Below, piece after piece: positions 9,323-19,806 of a DNA stretch of 64,000 nt (positions are counted from its first letter, which is position 1; the number at the start of each line of letters is the position of its first letter). The stretch is taken from NCBI GenBank assembly GCA_042216015.1, contig JBDGUI010000007.1:71437-135436 (forward strand), read 5' to 3'. The DNA is from Halodesulfurarchaeum sp. GTDB lineage: Archaea; Halobacteriota; Halobacteria; Halobacteriales; Halobacteriaceae. The translations under genes were made by a program, and so were the position numbers. The notes under the pieces are model-generated. The model worked only from the letters and a program-made list of their open reading frames with translations, did not search any database and had not been told where the DNA came from.

Positions 9323-10075
9323 TCAGTACACGGAAACGTCCTCGAAGCGCCCACCGTAGGCGATGTGGTCCGGATGTGTCGGCTCCGTTCCGGAGAGGAA
9401 GAGTCGGTCGAACTTCTTCCAGGTGTTCTCCCAGCCGAGGTGGGCGAACTCGGCCGCGCGTCGCAGATCGTGTTCGCGGCCGTTCCGGTGCTCGACCCGT
9501 CGGCTTGCACCCGAGCGAAGCGCCTCGAGGAGATCAGCTTCCCCCTCGATTTCGGTCTCGAACGAGGTCCAGACCTCCCCGACTGTGGACGTCCGATGTG
9601 CGTAGGAGGAACCGAACGGTCCGGTGTCGATAGCGTCGGCAAGTTCGAGGGCCCGTCGATTGTGCCTCGGGAGATGTTTCGGATTGTAGACCTCGAGGCC
9701 GTCGATCTGCGAATCGTACTGCGTGAGGTCCTCGCTGGTTAGACTCACCGTCAGGAACTCGGGGTGTGGGGCCAGGACCGTCGCGTCCTGTCGGTCGAGT
9801 TCCGCCATGGCCCCCTCGAGGGTGATGAAATCCGGGACCGGCTTCTCGAGGCCCAGTGCGAGGACGTGCTTCCGGTTTTTCCAGTCCCCAGTAAAGATCT
9901 CGCGGGCCGGGACGACGACCAGCTCGTCGTCGCTGAACCGCTCGGCTCGTTCCTGCACCGTCGGCAGTCTGGTGAAATGTGGTGCATAGACCAGCACGTC
10001 GATGCCCCGGGCCTTCGCCCGTTCGACGACCTGATCGTCGAGGATCTTGACGTGCGGGTCGACGCGTTCTGGCAC
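9323..10075 (-). CDS. PHP-domain metal-dependent phosphoesterase
   Basis: DPHVK, YAPHF, RE, HVL, APHP, EVYN, GSSYAH. Start uncertain (GTG 10075 or 10117). Confidence 0.75.
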   Translation of the reverse strand: MPERVDPHVKILDDQVVERAKARGIDVLVYAPHFTRLPTVQERAERFSDDELVVVPAREIFTGDWKNRKHVLALGLEKPVPDFITLEGAMAELDRQDATVLAPHPEFLTVSLTSEDLTQYDSQIDGLEVYNPKHLPRHNRRALELADAIDTGPFGSSYAHRTSTVGEVWTSFETEIEGEADLLEALRSGASRRVEHRNGREHDLRRAAEFAHLGWENTWKKFDRLFLSGTEPTHPDHIAYGGRFEDVSVY

Positions 10076-10238
10076 ACGCGAGTTTGTACGTACCCCCCCT
10101 TGGGACTTGTGAATCACCGCTGAGACATCGAAGCGAGGGAGGAGGGCCCTCTATCTCCGTCGAACCCACGCGGGGGGTTGCCGTCGACCCGCTCCACGCG
10201 TGGGAAATCGTTATGGGCGCGCCACGCGAGTTCGAGGT

Positions 10239-10526
10239 ATGTCCCGCTGGGTCTGTGCGATCGAGGGGTGTCTCTCGCCCTTCGAGAACGTCGAGTCCCT
10301 CCTCACCCACCAGAGAGACGACCACGACGGTCACACGTGCCGTGTCTGTGGTGAGACGATCTCGGCCGGCTTTTTCGCCATCAAACACGCCTTCGAGGAG
10401 CACACCCGGGCCGAATACGTTCGGCACTACGACGCGGATTCCGACGAGATTCGCTGGCGAGAGCAGATTCTCGAGCGCGTCGAGGACACCCGTGAAGAGG
10501 AGTCACGGGAGTGGACCTCGGACTGA
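10239..10526 (+). CDS. Small C2H2-like zinc-finger protein (conserved haloarchaeal)
   Basis: WVCAIEGC...HQ..H..HTCRVCG...HAFEEH. GAGGT precedes the ATG. Confidence 0.78.
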   Translation: MSRWVCAIEGCLSPFENVESLLTHQRDDHDGHTCRVCGETISAGFFAIKHAFEEHTRAEYVRHYDADSDEIRWREQILERVEDTREEESREWTSD

Positions 10527-10537
10527 CGTGTCTATCG

Positions 10538-10975
10538 CTATCGCTCGTCGCTGTCCAGAACCCGGATCTGGTCGCCCCGGACGGTCACCGGGATCGGAAC
10601 GGTCGCCTCGTAGAGTTCGACGGTGACCTGGTCCTTGCCCTCGTCGATGCGCTGGACCTGGGCCTTTTCTCCCTTGAACGGACCCGCGATCAACTCGACG
10701 ATATCGCCCTCCGCAATCCCCTCCACGTCGGGTTTGGGCGAGAGGAAGTGTTCGACCTCGGCGATCCCACTCTCGCCGGGGACGATGCTGCGTGCGTGGG
10801 GGATGTCCTCGAGGACCCGTTCGAGAACTCCCGTGTCCTCGGCCTCGACCATGACGTAGCTGGTGAGCGATTCCGGGGCGAGCACGGCGTGCACCTTCTC
10901 CTCCTCGCGGTTCGCGATCATGCTCGCGACGGTCTGTTCCTGGCTGGCCGTGGTTTTGACGGCGAATATCGACAT
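10538..10975 (-). CDS. spt5: Transcription elongation factor Spt5 (NusG family)
   Basis: [14 protein letters not shown] domain, KOW motif [13 protein letters not shown]. Confidence 0.96.
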   Translation of the reverse strand: MSIFAVKTTASQEQTVASMIANREEEKVHAVLAPESLTSYVMVEAEDTGVLERVLEDIPHARSIVPGESGIAEVEHFLSPKPDVEGIAEGDIVELIAGPFKGEKAQVQRIDEGKDQVTVELYEATVPIPVTVRGDQIRVLDSDER

Positions 10976-10977
10976 GA

Positions 10978-11148
10978 TCAGGCCCCCGGGAGGACGCTCA
11001 TGACCAGGAAGATGAAAAAGCCGATAAAGCCGATGAGGAGGATGCCCGCCGCTGCGATCAGCGAGATGCGGGAGAACTCCTCCCAGTCCGGCGTGCTGGC
11101 CAGTTTGAGCACGCGGGTGTAGGCGTTCAACTCGTATGGGACGTCCAT
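10978..11148 (-). CDS. secE: Protein translocase subunit SecE / Sec61 gamma (absent from ORF track)
   Basis: Translated by hand: [56 protein letters not shown]. Canonical ftsZ-secE-spt5 order. Confidence 0.93.
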   Translation of the reverse strand: MDVPYELNAYTRVLKLASTPDWEEFSRISLIAAAGILLIGFIGFFIFLVMSVLPGA

Positions 11149-11223
11149 GCCCACCCGTTCGAGACCGGTGCTTTTCTATCTATTGAAAACAGCCCTTGGG
11201 GGTCTCGACCGATGTCGGCACAG

Positions 11224-12336
11224 TCACTCCACGTAGTCGAAGCCCTCGATCTGCTGGGCCGAGGCCTCCTCCTGTCGCCCGTAAATCTGTGGGGACTGGA
11301 CCCCGGTGACGACCACCATCGTTCGCATGTGGCCGTCGAGTTCCTCGTCGATGGACGTCCCCCAGATGATCCGAGCGTCCGGATCGATCCGGTCGTAGAT
11401 CTCCTCGACGACCCCCTCGGCCTCCTCGATGGACATGTCCGGCCCGCCGGTGACGTTCACGAGTGCGGAGTTCGCCCCGGCGATGTCCACGTCGAGGAGC
11501 GGCGACCGGAGTGCCTCCTGCACGGAGGCCTTGGGCGTGCCGTCCGCGTCGGCGTCTCCCAGCCCGATCATCGCGACGCCACCCTTCTCCATGACGGTCC
11601 TGACGTCGGCGAAGTCCAGGTTCACCAGTCCAGGCTTCGTGATTAGTTCGGTGATGCCCTTGACCGACCGCATCAGGATCTCGTCGGAGACCTTGAACGC
11701 CTGTCTGACCGGCAGTTGACCTACGGAGTCGAGGAGTCGATCGTTCGGCACCACGATGACGGTGTCCGCCACGTCGCGGAGCCGCTCGAGGCCGGCCTCG
11801 GCGTTCGTCCGGCGGACCTCGCCCTCGGCCGTGAACGGCGTCGTGACGACCGCGATCGTCAGGGCGTTCATCTCGCGGGCGGCCTTCGCGACGACCGGGG
11901 CGGAACCGGTTCCCGTGCCACCGCCAAGCCCGGCGGTTACGAAGACCATATCGGAGGTGGCGATGCTATCCCTGATCTCGTCCTGACTCTCGAGGGCGGC
12001 CTCCTCGCCGACCTGCGGCAGTGAACCGGCACCCCGTCCCTGGGTCTTCTCCCGTCCCATCAGGATCTTCCGGTCGGCCTGGATGTCCACCAGGTGCTGG
12101 ACGTCGGTATTGGCGGCCACGAGGGAGGCCCCGTGAATCCCCTCCTCGTACATCCGGTTGATCGTGTTGCTTCCGGCACCGCCACAGCCGACGACGGTGA
12201 TCTCGGTCTGGAGGTCCTCGAGAATCGCCTCGAGTTCCTCGTCGGTCATGTCGCCGGTCGGGTGGGCCCCGTCGGCTTCCGATGGGTCGGCCCCCGTTTC
12301 GGCTTCGTCGATTGCGTCCTCGACGATCGAGTCCAT
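11224..12336 (-). CDS. ftsZ1: Cell division protein FtsZ1
   Basis: [17 protein letters not shown] tubulin signature, NLDFAD T7 loop; lies next to secE-spt5. Confidence 0.96.
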   Translation of the reverse strand: MDSIVEDAIDEAETGADPSEADGAHPTGDMTDEELEAILEDLQTEITVVGCGGAGSNTINRMYEEGIHGASLVAANTDVQHLVDIQADRKILMGREKTQGRGAGSLPQVGEEAALESQDEIRDSIATSDMVFVTAGLGGGTGTGSAPVVAKAAREMNALTIAVVTTPFTAEGEVRRTNAEAGLERLRDVADTVIVVPNDRLLDSVGQLPVRQAFKVSDEILMRSVKGITELITKPGLVNLDFADVRTVMEKGGVAMIGLGDADADGTPKASVQEALRSPLLDVDIAGANSALVNVTGGPDMSIEEAEGVVEEIYDRIDPDARIIWGTSIDEELDGHMRTMVVVTGVQSPQIYGRQEEASAQQIEGFDYVE

Positions 12337-12394
12337 CTTGGGTATCGCTTACCGATGGAGCTTAATTACCTTTCCCCTCTCCGTCATTCGGGCG

Positions 12395-13681
12395 TCACAC
12401 CTGGAATCGGCGGGTTTCCCGGGTGTGGACGGCTTCCGGATCGACGCGTTTGCCGTCGACGGTGACGGACTCGCCCGCACTGAGCCTGCCGAACAGCGGT
12501 CCCTCGGGAACGCCCGCGTCCGTCGCGAGGGACGGATCGAAGGTTTCCCGCTCCGCGACGACGGCGTCCGTCCGCCGTTCGACGGTTTCGTACTCCCGTT
12601 CGAGAATCGTGGCAAGGGCGTCGACGAGGTCGCCGTACGAATCCCTTCCGTCGAATGCCGCTCGGTTTCCCACCCGGTTGCCGTTCTCTGCGGTCTGGTA
12701 GGCGACGGTGTGGGCGGCGACCGTTTCGACCGTTTCCCCGGGATCGATGGCCGCACAGGCGTCGATCAGATCGGTGGGGAGCGAGCGAATCTCCGGCTCG
12801 TCGGTGGTCCCCTCGCCGAACCGGAGGCCCGATTCGACCGTTCCGAGGGAGGTTTCGAGTGCCTCGACGAGGCTCGGGTCGGTCCCGGCCGTCTCTCTAA
12901 CCCAGGTTTCGCTCACGACCTCGTATCCGAGGGAGTCGATCACGGCCGCAACGGCCGGCCAGTCGCCGTCGATCAGCGCCCGCTCGGTCCCGCTCTTCTC
13001 GAACATGGCCTCGATCACGTCGCGGTTTGCCTCGGGATCCCCGAGTTCCTCGATGCTCCAGTCCGCCGCGACGTGGCCGACGGCGACGTCGGTCTCGAGC
13101 AGCACCCGGGTCGGCTGTGGGGCGTAGTGATTGCCGCCGAATGCGACGACGGTTCGCTCGATCCGGGGTGCAGTCCCCCGGAGTTCCAGGACCGCCCTGG
13201 CGACGGCCCGTGCGCCGACCTCGTCGGTCCACTGCGCCGGGCCGCTCCCCAGTTCCACGAACAGTCCCGGCGCACCGAAGTCGGTCGGCCCGTGATGGGT
13301 GCACTCCATCGAGACGTCGTAGGGTTCGGGGGCGATCGCCGCGAGTTCCCGGATGACGCGTTTGAGTGCCCCAGGGGCCGGCTCGACGAGCTCCCTGGCC
13401 GACCCGCCGTACGCCCCCTCACCGAAGTTGCCGGTGAAATGAGCGCTCAAGAGCGGTCCAGTGTCCCCGGAGTGCTTCGAGACCACGACGACGAACTCCG
13501 GATCATCGAAGGCCGAAGCGACCCCGTCCAGTTCGAGGTGCAGGTCCTCGAACTCCCTGAGTTCGAACCCCTCTCGACGGTAGACCCCCGGCCCGGTTCT
13601 CGTCCAGTCGGCCACTTCGCGCAACTGCTGGCCGATGGTGGCAGAGGCCCGGTCTGCGGTACTGACGACGATCCCGATCAC
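12395..13681 (-). CDS. dtdA: D-aminoacyl-tRNA deacylase (archaeal DTD2)
   Basis: GTG start VIGIVVS.AD.AS, SKHSG, SAHFTGN, ECTHHGPT, FVELGS, FGGNHY. Confidence 0.88.
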   Translation of the reverse strand: MIGIVVSTADRASATIGQQLREVADWTRTGPGVYRREGFELREFEDLHLELDGVASAFDDPEFVVVVSKHSGDTGPLLSAHFTGNFGEGAYGGSARELVEPAPGALKRVIRELAAIAPEPYDVSMECTHHGPTDFGAPGLFVELGSGPAQWTDEVGARAVARAVLELRGTAPRIERTVVAFGGNHYAPQPTRVLLETDVAVGHVAADWSIEELGDPEANRDVIEAMFEKSGTERALIDGDWPAVAAVIDSLGYEVVSETWVRETAGTDPSLVEALETSLGTVESGLRFGEGTTDEPEIRSLPTDLIDACAAIDPGETVETVAAHTVAYQTAENGNRVGNRAAFDGRDSYGDLVDALATILEREYETVERRTDAVVAERETFDPSLATDAGVPEGPLFGRLSAGESVTVDGKRVDPEAVHTRETRRFQV

Positions 13682-13788
13682 GGTCGAATCCAGGATTGCC
13701 CCGCGATTAAGCCCATCGAAGTCCACGATCGGCCTGGGAGGGCCATCGTGTGGAGTGACATTAAGGGCGATCCGGACGAAGCGTGGGC

Positions 13789-13980
13789 ATGGCCCGACGA
13801 CAGACATTCGAAGTGTATGAGGACTCCGCGGGGCAGTGGCGCTGGCGGCTCGTCGCGCCGAACGGGAACATCGTCGCGGACAGCGGGGAGGGGTACCGCT
13901 CGAAACAGGGCGCAAAGCGCGGGATCGAGAGCGTCAGGGAGGGCGCCCCGGAGGCCGATATCGAGGTCCTCGAGGGGTGA
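13789..13980 (+). CDS. UPF0339/DUF1508 (YegP-like) small protein
   Basis: FEVYEDSAGQWRWRLVAPNGNIVADSGEGY. Confidence 0.88.
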   Translation: MARRQTFEVYEDSAGQWRWRLVAPNGNIVADSGEGYRSKQGAKRGIESVREGAPEADIEVLEG

Positions 13981-14256
13981 CCGATCGCGGCACCGATCGG
14001 ACAGACCGTCCACGCCAGCCGAGCAATCTATCCCCTCTCTCTGCTCTGTAGCCCACCTTCCGAGGCTCAGCCGTCGAAATTCGTTCAGACCCGCGTCAGT
14101 CCGCAGATCGAAGACAGACCGGACCGCTGGGATGGCTCCGTTCGATGTCGGCATATCTTGTGGCTTATAAGGGTCGGCGGTCACAATCCCGTAGAGACCG
14201 ATGAAAGTGGCGTGTTGGCACTCTCGGGAATGGCCCCACCGGGCCGCACGGAGAGA

Positions 14257-14370
14257 GGGAGAACACGATGAACCGGGAGGGGATCGTGATGAACCGGAGG
14301 AGAACGCGATGAACCGGCGGACGATGAATTGGGTGATAACGCGATGAACCGGAGGAGAACGCGATGAACC
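14257..14370 (+). repeat. About six imperfect 15-21 bp tandem repeats (ggaggagaacgcgATGAACC) ending at the antiporter start codon
   Basis: ATGAA at 14268, 14289, 14309, 14324, 14344 and 14364, mostly preceded by GGAGG or GGTGAT. Confidence 0.85.
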
Positions 14371-15692
14371 GACGAACTGCCGGCGCCCTGCTCGGCGCGA
14401 TCGGGTTGACGATTCCGTGGTTTTCCTACTGGCTTCTGACACGCTTTACTGCGCGGACGGTCGAGGGGCTCCCGACCAACTTGACCGTCCTCATCAGCGG
14501 CCTCTCCGTGCTCGGGGCCGCTTTCCTCCTCGCCTGGGCGGCCGAAACCGCCGAGCGGGACGTGCCACGGCCCTTTGCAATCGCCGTACTGGCCGTCCTC
14601 GCCGTCGCCCCGGAGTACTCCGTCGACGCCCTCTACGCCTGGAATGCTGGGGCCTTTGCCGGGACAGCCAGGGGAATCGAGGCTGGCAACCTCGCCGTGG
14701 CGAACATGACCGGTGCCAACCGAATCCTGATCGGTATCGGATGGGCCGGAATCGCTCTGTTCACGGTCTATCGACGCGGGGCAGCGGCCGATCCCTCGGT
14801 CACGGATCGGGCGGGTCGGCTGACCGACGCGGTTCAGGTCGACAGGGATCTCGCATTCGACATCGTCTTTCTGATGGCGGCGACCCTGTGGGCCTTCGTC
14901 GTCCCGTTCTTCGGCGGCATCGACGCCCTCGATATGGTCGTACTCGTGGGGCTCTACGTCACCTACATTCTGGTGGTTCTTCGGGGGGACATCGAGCCAG
15001 TCGAGGAACACGTCGGCGTTCCGGCCGCGCTGCAGGCCCAGCCGAAGTGGCGGCGCGTGCTTTCGGTACTCGTCCTTTTCGGGTTCTCGGGCCTGTTGAT
15101 TCTCACCGCCGTAGAGCCCTTCGCCCACGGGCTCGAAGCGATCGGAACCGCCATCGGGGTCCCCCCGTTCTTCATGATCCAGTGGATCGCGCCCCTGGCC
15201 TCGGAGGCCCCGGAACTCATCGTCGTGGTCTATCTCGTGAACAAGGCGCGGTCGACTGCCGGATTCAACGCCCTCATCTCCTCGAAGCTCAACCAGTGGA
15301 CACTCCTGATCGGGACCCTCGTGATCGTCTACTCGATCGCCTACGGGCAGTATGGCGTGCTCCCCTTCGACGCCAAACAGGCCGCGGAGATCTGGCTGAC
15401 CGCCGCCCAGTCGTTTTTCGCCCTGTCGATTCTCGTGAACTTCGAAATATCGGTCCGGGAGGCACTCGGTCTCCTGGGGCTGTTCGTCTCGCAGGTGGGA
15501 CTCGAATTTCTCATCATTAGGGGGACAATCCCGTTCCCCCTGACGAGCCACGAACTGTTGCTCGCCTACACCGGGGTGTATCTCGTTCTGGGCACCGGCC
15601 TCTTCCTCAGCAGACGGAAAGCGACGGTCGTGCTCTTCCGCCGGGCCGGGCAGACGATACGGGCTGCACTCCCGGCACGTCGCTCGGATTGA
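14364..15692 (+). CDS. Sodium:calcium (CaCA family) antiporter
   Basis: Multiple TM helices, alpha repeats LAVAPEY...ANMTGAN and LASEAPE...ISSKLNQ. Confidence 0.88.
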   Translation: MNRRTAGALLGAIGLTIPWFSYWLLTRFTARTVEGLPTNLTVLISGLSVLGAAFLLAWAAETAERDVPRPFAIAVLAVLAVAPEYSVDALYAWNAGAFAGTARGIEAGNLAVANMTGANRILIGIGWAGIALFTVYRRGAAADPSVTDRAGRLTDAVQVDRDLAFDIVFLMAATLWAFVVPFFGGIDALDMVVLVGLYVTYILVVLRGDIEPVEEHVGVPAALQAQPKWRRVLSVLVLFGFSGLLILTAVEPFAHGLEAIGTAIGVPPFFMIQWIAPLASEAPELIVVVYLVNKARSTAGFNALISSKLNQWTLLIGTLVIVYSIAYGQYGVLPFDAKQAAEIWLTAAQSFFALSILVNFEISVREALGLLGLFVSQVGLEFLIIRGTIPFPLTSHELLLAYTGVYLVLGTGLFLSRRKATVVLFRRAGQTIRAALPARRSD

Positions 15693-15744
15693 GCACACTC
15701 TCTCCGCCGACAACGTTTAACCCGGTCCGTCCCGACCGCCCGCC

Positions 15745-16560
15745 ATGGACGTGTACGGACTTCTCGGGAATCCGGTGGGACACTCGGTTTCGCCCGCGCT
15801 TCACGAGGCGGCATACGAGGTTCTGGGCCTCGATGCCACGTACGTGACCCTCGAACCCGAGCCCGACCGACTGGGCGAGGCGATCGAGGGAGCCGACGCG
15901 CTTGGTATCGCCGGGCTGAACGTGACGATCCCGTTCAAGGAGGCCGTCCTCGATTACGTCGAACCCGACGAAGCGGCCGCTCGGATCGGGGCTGTCAACA
16001 CGATCGACTTCTCGAGTGATCCTCCGAGAGGATTCAATACCGATGCGGCTGGCGCGCGACGTGCCCTCGAACATCACGGCGTGAATCCGGGGGCCCGAAC
16101 GGCAGTCCTCATCGGTGCGGGCGGGGCGGCCAGAGCCATCGGATGGATGTTAACCGACGCCGGGGCCACAGTCCACGTGGCGAACCGGACCGAATCCCGC
16201 GCAGCGGACCTCGCGGCCGATCTGAATGCAACGGGGCATCCTCTCGAAGCGGTTCCGGAGCTCGCCGAGCGCGCCGATCTCCTGATCAATGCGACGAGCG
16301 TGGGGATTGAAGCGGACAAATCACCGGTCCCGTCGTCGGTGTTTCACGGAGGTCTGACCGTCATGGACGCCGTGTACACGCCACTCAAAACCCGGTTCCT
16401 TCGCGAGGCCGCCGACGCCGGAGCCACCACGATCGACGGTGCCTGGATGTTGCTCTATCAGGGAGTCGAGGCCCTCGAACGCTGGACCGGCGAGACGGCC
16501 CCGGTCGAGGCGATGAACGAGTCACTCAGGGCGGCGCTCCGCGGTGACGGCTCCCGATGA
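15745..16560 (+). CDS. aroE: Shikimate dehydrogenase
   Basis: GNPVGHSVSP, NVTIPFK, GAVNT, NTD, GAGGAA, NRT, ML.YQG. Confidence 0.95.
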   Translation: MDVYGLLGNPVGHSVSPALHEAAYEVLGLDATYVTLEPEPDRLGEAIEGADALGIAGLNVTIPFKEAVLDYVEPDEAAARIGAVNTIDFSSDPPRGFNTDAAGARRALEHHGVNPGARTAVLIGAGGAARAIGWMLTDAGATVHVANRTESRAADLAADLNATGHPLEAVPELAERADLLINATSVGIEADKSPVPSSVFHGGLTVMDAVYTPLKTRFLREAADAGATTIDGAWMLLYQGVEALERWTGETAPVEAMNESLRAALRGDGSR

Positions 16561-16751
16561 GTTTCAGGGAGCTTCTGGCCTGGGTTCGATCCGCGATGAA
16601 CCGCTCGTCTGGCGCCGAACGAACAAGTGACCTCGAACCCGCGACGGCTTCGGAACGGGCCGTCAAGGCCCCGTATTCCGAGATCGAGGATTCGGAAGGG
16701 GACGATCGGTCGAACGGTGCCGAATCGGGACCGACGCGTTTCGAGGAATGA
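16557..16751 (+). CDS. Hypothetical small protein
   Basis: ATGA overlap with the aroE stop and acidic composition; no recognisable motif. Confidence 0.35.
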   Translation: MSFRELLAWVRSAMNRSSGAERTSDLEPATASERAVKAPYSEIEDSEGDDRSNGAESGPTRFEE

Positions 16752-16824
16752 GGCCGGGCCATCCATCGATTCGGTCCGTTCGTGGATGAAAAAGGACTTA
16801 GGAGATCCCCGGGAGGGTAGGGGT

Positions 16825-17793
16825 ATGGATGCCGTCGTACTTGCGGGGGGATATGCGACCCGCCTGTGGCCGATCACGAAACATCGTCCCAAGATGTTCC
16901 TCCCGATCGGCGAGGAGACGGTCGTCGACCGGATTTTTTCGTCCCTGGAGGCCGACGATCGCGTCGAGACCGTGTACGTGAGCACGAACGAGCGCTTTGC
17001 GCCCGACTTCCGCGAGCACCTCGATGGCTCGGACTACGAGAAACCCCAGCTCTCCGTCGAGGAGACGACCGCTGAAGCGGAGAAGTTCGGCGTGATCGGG
17101 GCGCTCGCCCAACTCGTCGACCGGGAGGGTGTCACGGACGACCTCGTCGTACTGGCCGGGGACAACCTCATCAGTTTCGACGTGAGTGAATTCGTTGACT
17201 TCTTCGAGAAGCGACGGACCCCGACGATCGCCGCCTACGACGTCGGCAGCCGGGAGCGAGCCAAATCCTACGGCCTGGTCGAACTCGAGGGGACCGAGGT
17301 CAGGAACTTCCAGGAGAAACCGGCCGATCCACAGAGCACGCTCGTGTCGATCGCCACCTACGCGTTCCCGGCAGACTCGCTGTCGCTGCTCGAAACCTAT
17401 CTGGACGGGGACAACAACCCGGACGAACCCGGGTGGTTCATCCAGTGGCTTCAGGGGCGCGGCCCGGTCCATGCCTTCACCTTCGACGGCGCGTGGTTCG
17501 ACATCGGCACGCCGGAGAGCTACCTCGATGCCGTCCGCTGGGCCCTGGACGGCGAGCAGGTCGTCGCCGAGGACGCCGTCCTCGAGGAAACGACGTTGGG
17601 CGAAAACGTTCACGTCATGTCCGGGGCAACGATCGAGGACTCCCACGTCACCGACGCCGTCATCTTTCCGAAGGCGACCATCAGGAACTGCACGGTCCGA
17701 AACTCGATCATCGACGAACAGACCCGCATCGAAAACATCGACTTCTCCGGCGCGCTCATCGGCGCCCACACCGAAATCTCGAGTTCGAGCTGA
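16825..17793 (+). CDS. Sugar-phosphate nucleotidyltransferase (NDP-sugar synthase)
   Basis: LAGGYATRLWP...PK, AGDN, FQEKP, WFDIGT, C-terminal hexapeptide repeats. Confidence 0.92.
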   Translation: MDAVVLAGGYATRLWPITKHRPKMFLPIGEETVVDRIFSSLEADDRVETVYVSTNERFAPDFREHLDGSDYEKPQLSVEETTAEAEKFGVIGALAQLVDREGVTDDLVVLAGDNLISFDVSEFVDFFEKRRTPTIAAYDVGSRERAKSYGLVELEGTEVRNFQEKPADPQSTLVSIATYAFPADSLSLLETYLDGDNNPDEPGWFIQWLQGRGPVHAFTFDGAWFDIGTPESYLDAVRWALDGEQVVAEDAVLEETTLGENVHVMSGATIEDSHVTDAVIFPKATIRNCTVRNSIIDEQTRIENIDFSGALIGAHTEISSSS

Positions 17794-17834
17794 GTGGTTT
17801 TCCGGGAGCTCACCGGCGATCGCCTGGATCCGGA

Positions 17835-18545
17835 TCAGCCGAGCGTCGCCGATGTGATCTCCAGGTGGCCCCGCGTCCCGTCCCAGACCGTCTCGTACTC
17901 GATCTCGATCCGGCGGCGCATGTGTGGCCCGTCGGTCACGAGTGTCTCGTACTCGCCGCCCTCGCCAAGCACGTGGACGCCCGCGGAGTCGTGCAGTTCC
18001 TGGAGTTCCTCGAGGGCCCTCGTATCGAGTGTCCGACCCAGCCAGGAGTCATCGAGTCCGGCCGCCGCGACGGCCACGATCCGTATTTCGAACCCCGATT
18101 CGACGAACCACCTCCCGAGTTCGACCGGGTCCTCCTGCCAGAGTGGGGCGTACATGTCGATTCCCAGCCGTCGGCACATCTTCCGGACGCGTGAGGCCTG
18201 GTAGTCGCTCTCGATCGCCCCCACGGTCACCCCCTCGAGTCCGTCCTGAAATTCACCGTCGAGCTCCGCGAGCGCTCGCTCGAGCGGTTCGATCTCCCGA
18301 TCGCCACGCGTGCCGGCGTCATGACCCGAGACATCGGCCCCCTCCACGGCGGTGACGGGCACCCCGATGCTCTCGGCGGCGAGGTCGACGAGTTCCGTGG
18401 CCGGGACGTGATACAGGTAGGAATCCCCCTCCGAATGGACCGTCACGAGCCGGTCGACGGACAGGCCGTCCTCGCGGGCCCGGTGGAACGCCCCGACGGA
18501 ATCTTTCCCGCCCGAAAAGAGACTCACCCAGCGGCCATCGCTCAT
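17835..18545 (-). CDS. dph6: Diphthine--ammonia ligase
   Basis: PP-loop SGGKDS, GAIESDYQ, PLW, GEGGEYET.V.DGP. Confidence 0.9.
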   Translation of the reverse strand: MSDGRWVSLFSGGKDSVGAFHRAREDGLSVDRLVTVHSEGDSYLYHVPATELVDLAAESIGVPVTAVEGADVSGHDAGTRGDREIEPLERALAELDGEFQDGLEGVTVGAIESDYQASRVRKMCRRLGIDMYAPLWQEDPVELGRWFVESGFEIRIVAVAAAGLDDSWLGRTLDTRALEELQELHDSAGVHVLGEGGEYETLVTDGPHMRRRIEIEYETVWDGTRGHLEITSATLG

Positions 18546-18583
18546 ATTTCGGATTTGGACCGGGCGGGGATATATCGCCCGGG

Positions 18584-19723
18584 TCAGGAGGACACGTCGC
18601 TCTCGACGGGCTCCGTGCTGAGCCGCGAGGCGACCCAGATTCCGATCAGGCTGACGAGGATCCCCAGCAGGACGAATCCAGCGAGGCGGTGTTCGGGAGC
18701 GAGCGCGATCCCCTGGATCGTGATCGCCCCGATGTTCGTCGGTTCGATGACGATCCCCTCGATGAGATTTGCCCGTTCGAGGAAGTACGCCGAAAACCCG
18801 CGCACCACGAGTCCCATGGCGAGTGCACCGAACGGAAGGTTCAGCGAGGCCGTTCGGAGGCGGTCGTCCCGGAGCAACTCGTCGACCAGTCGACCGATGG
18901 TCGCGGCGATGGCAGCCAGGGCGATCCAGGGGACGCTGTAGTAGGCAAACGCCATGCCCGTGACGAGCTGGAGTCGATCAAGCCCCAGCTCGGAGGTGCC
19001 AAGCACACCCACGAAGATCCCGACCAGCGCGAGCCCGGCGGCGATGACCGAGGTCACGATGGAGATGCGACCGGAGTAAAGGGCGTCTCGGGCCTGGTTC
19101 GAGAGGGTGGCGAGGTGCTCGTCGATTCCGAAGCCGCGATAGAGGAGGAAGGTCCCGATGACGGCCGTGATCGCCCCCACGGCGACGGCCACGTCGCTGA
19201 GCATGAGGATGGCCGGGAAGACGAGCATCACGATCCCGATCGGGACGAGGACCGTGCCACGCAACTCCTCGTCCGCGAGGAACTGCTTGAGAAGGTAGTA
19301 GGTGGATTCGAGGTCCCGCGCCTGGCGCACGACCACCCGGTCCACCGAATCCACCCGGATCCGGCTCTCGATGATCGGCAACAGGCGTTCGTCCTCGGTG
19401 CTGTCGATGACGACGACCGCCGAGTCGGGATCGTACTCCTCGAGCAACTCGTCGACCTGGTCCGCGATGGCCTGATCGGCCGAGACCACTCCGTCGGCGT
19501 TCCCGGAGACGACGGCCACGACGGCCGAATCACCGTCACGTTCGATGTCGCGGGCGACGGCGAGGGCCTCGAGAAGGGTGTTGACCGTGGTGTCCTCCGG
19601 GTCGGCCATCCCGAGTTCGACGATCAGATCCGAGACAGTCTCGGCTCCGGAGAGCGGGAGGGACACCTCGGTCTGTCCCGGCACGTCGCCGGTCCGGTCG
19701 ATACTCACGACCAGGGTCTGCAT
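18584..19723 (-). CDS. DUF373 family membrane protein
   Basis: LVVSID...D, DPED..VN, DE..LPIIESR, VVRQARDLESTYY, then TM helices. Confidence 0.85.
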   Translation of the reverse strand: MQTLVVSIDRTGDVPGQTEVSLPLSGAETVSDLIVELGMADPEDTTVNTLLEALAVARDIERDGDSAVVAVVSGNADGVVSADQAIADQVDELLEEYDPDSAVVVIDSTEDERLLPIIESRIRVDSVDRVVVRQARDLESTYYLLKQFLADEELRGTVLVPIGIVMLVFPAILMLSDVAVAVGAITAVIGTFLLYRGFGIDEHLATLSNQARDALYSGRISIVTSVIAAGLALVGIFVGVLGTSELGLDRLQLVTGMAFAYYSVPWIALAAIAATIGRLVDELLRDDRLRTASLNLPFGALAMGLVVRGFSAYFLERANLIEGIVIEPTNIGAITIQGIALAPEHRLAGFVLLGILVSLIGIWVASRLSTEPVESDVSS

Positions 19724-19806
19724 CCGACTGTCCAGTCATCCCGACGGGATAAAAACCTCCGGTGTCCGCAGTCCTCGGGTCCGGCGATCCTGTCGTTCCC
19801 CGTCCC

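Noticed and set aside
14257..14370. CRISPR array
   Set aside because: Units are 15-21 bp, contiguous and lack unique spacers; no cas genes in the window.
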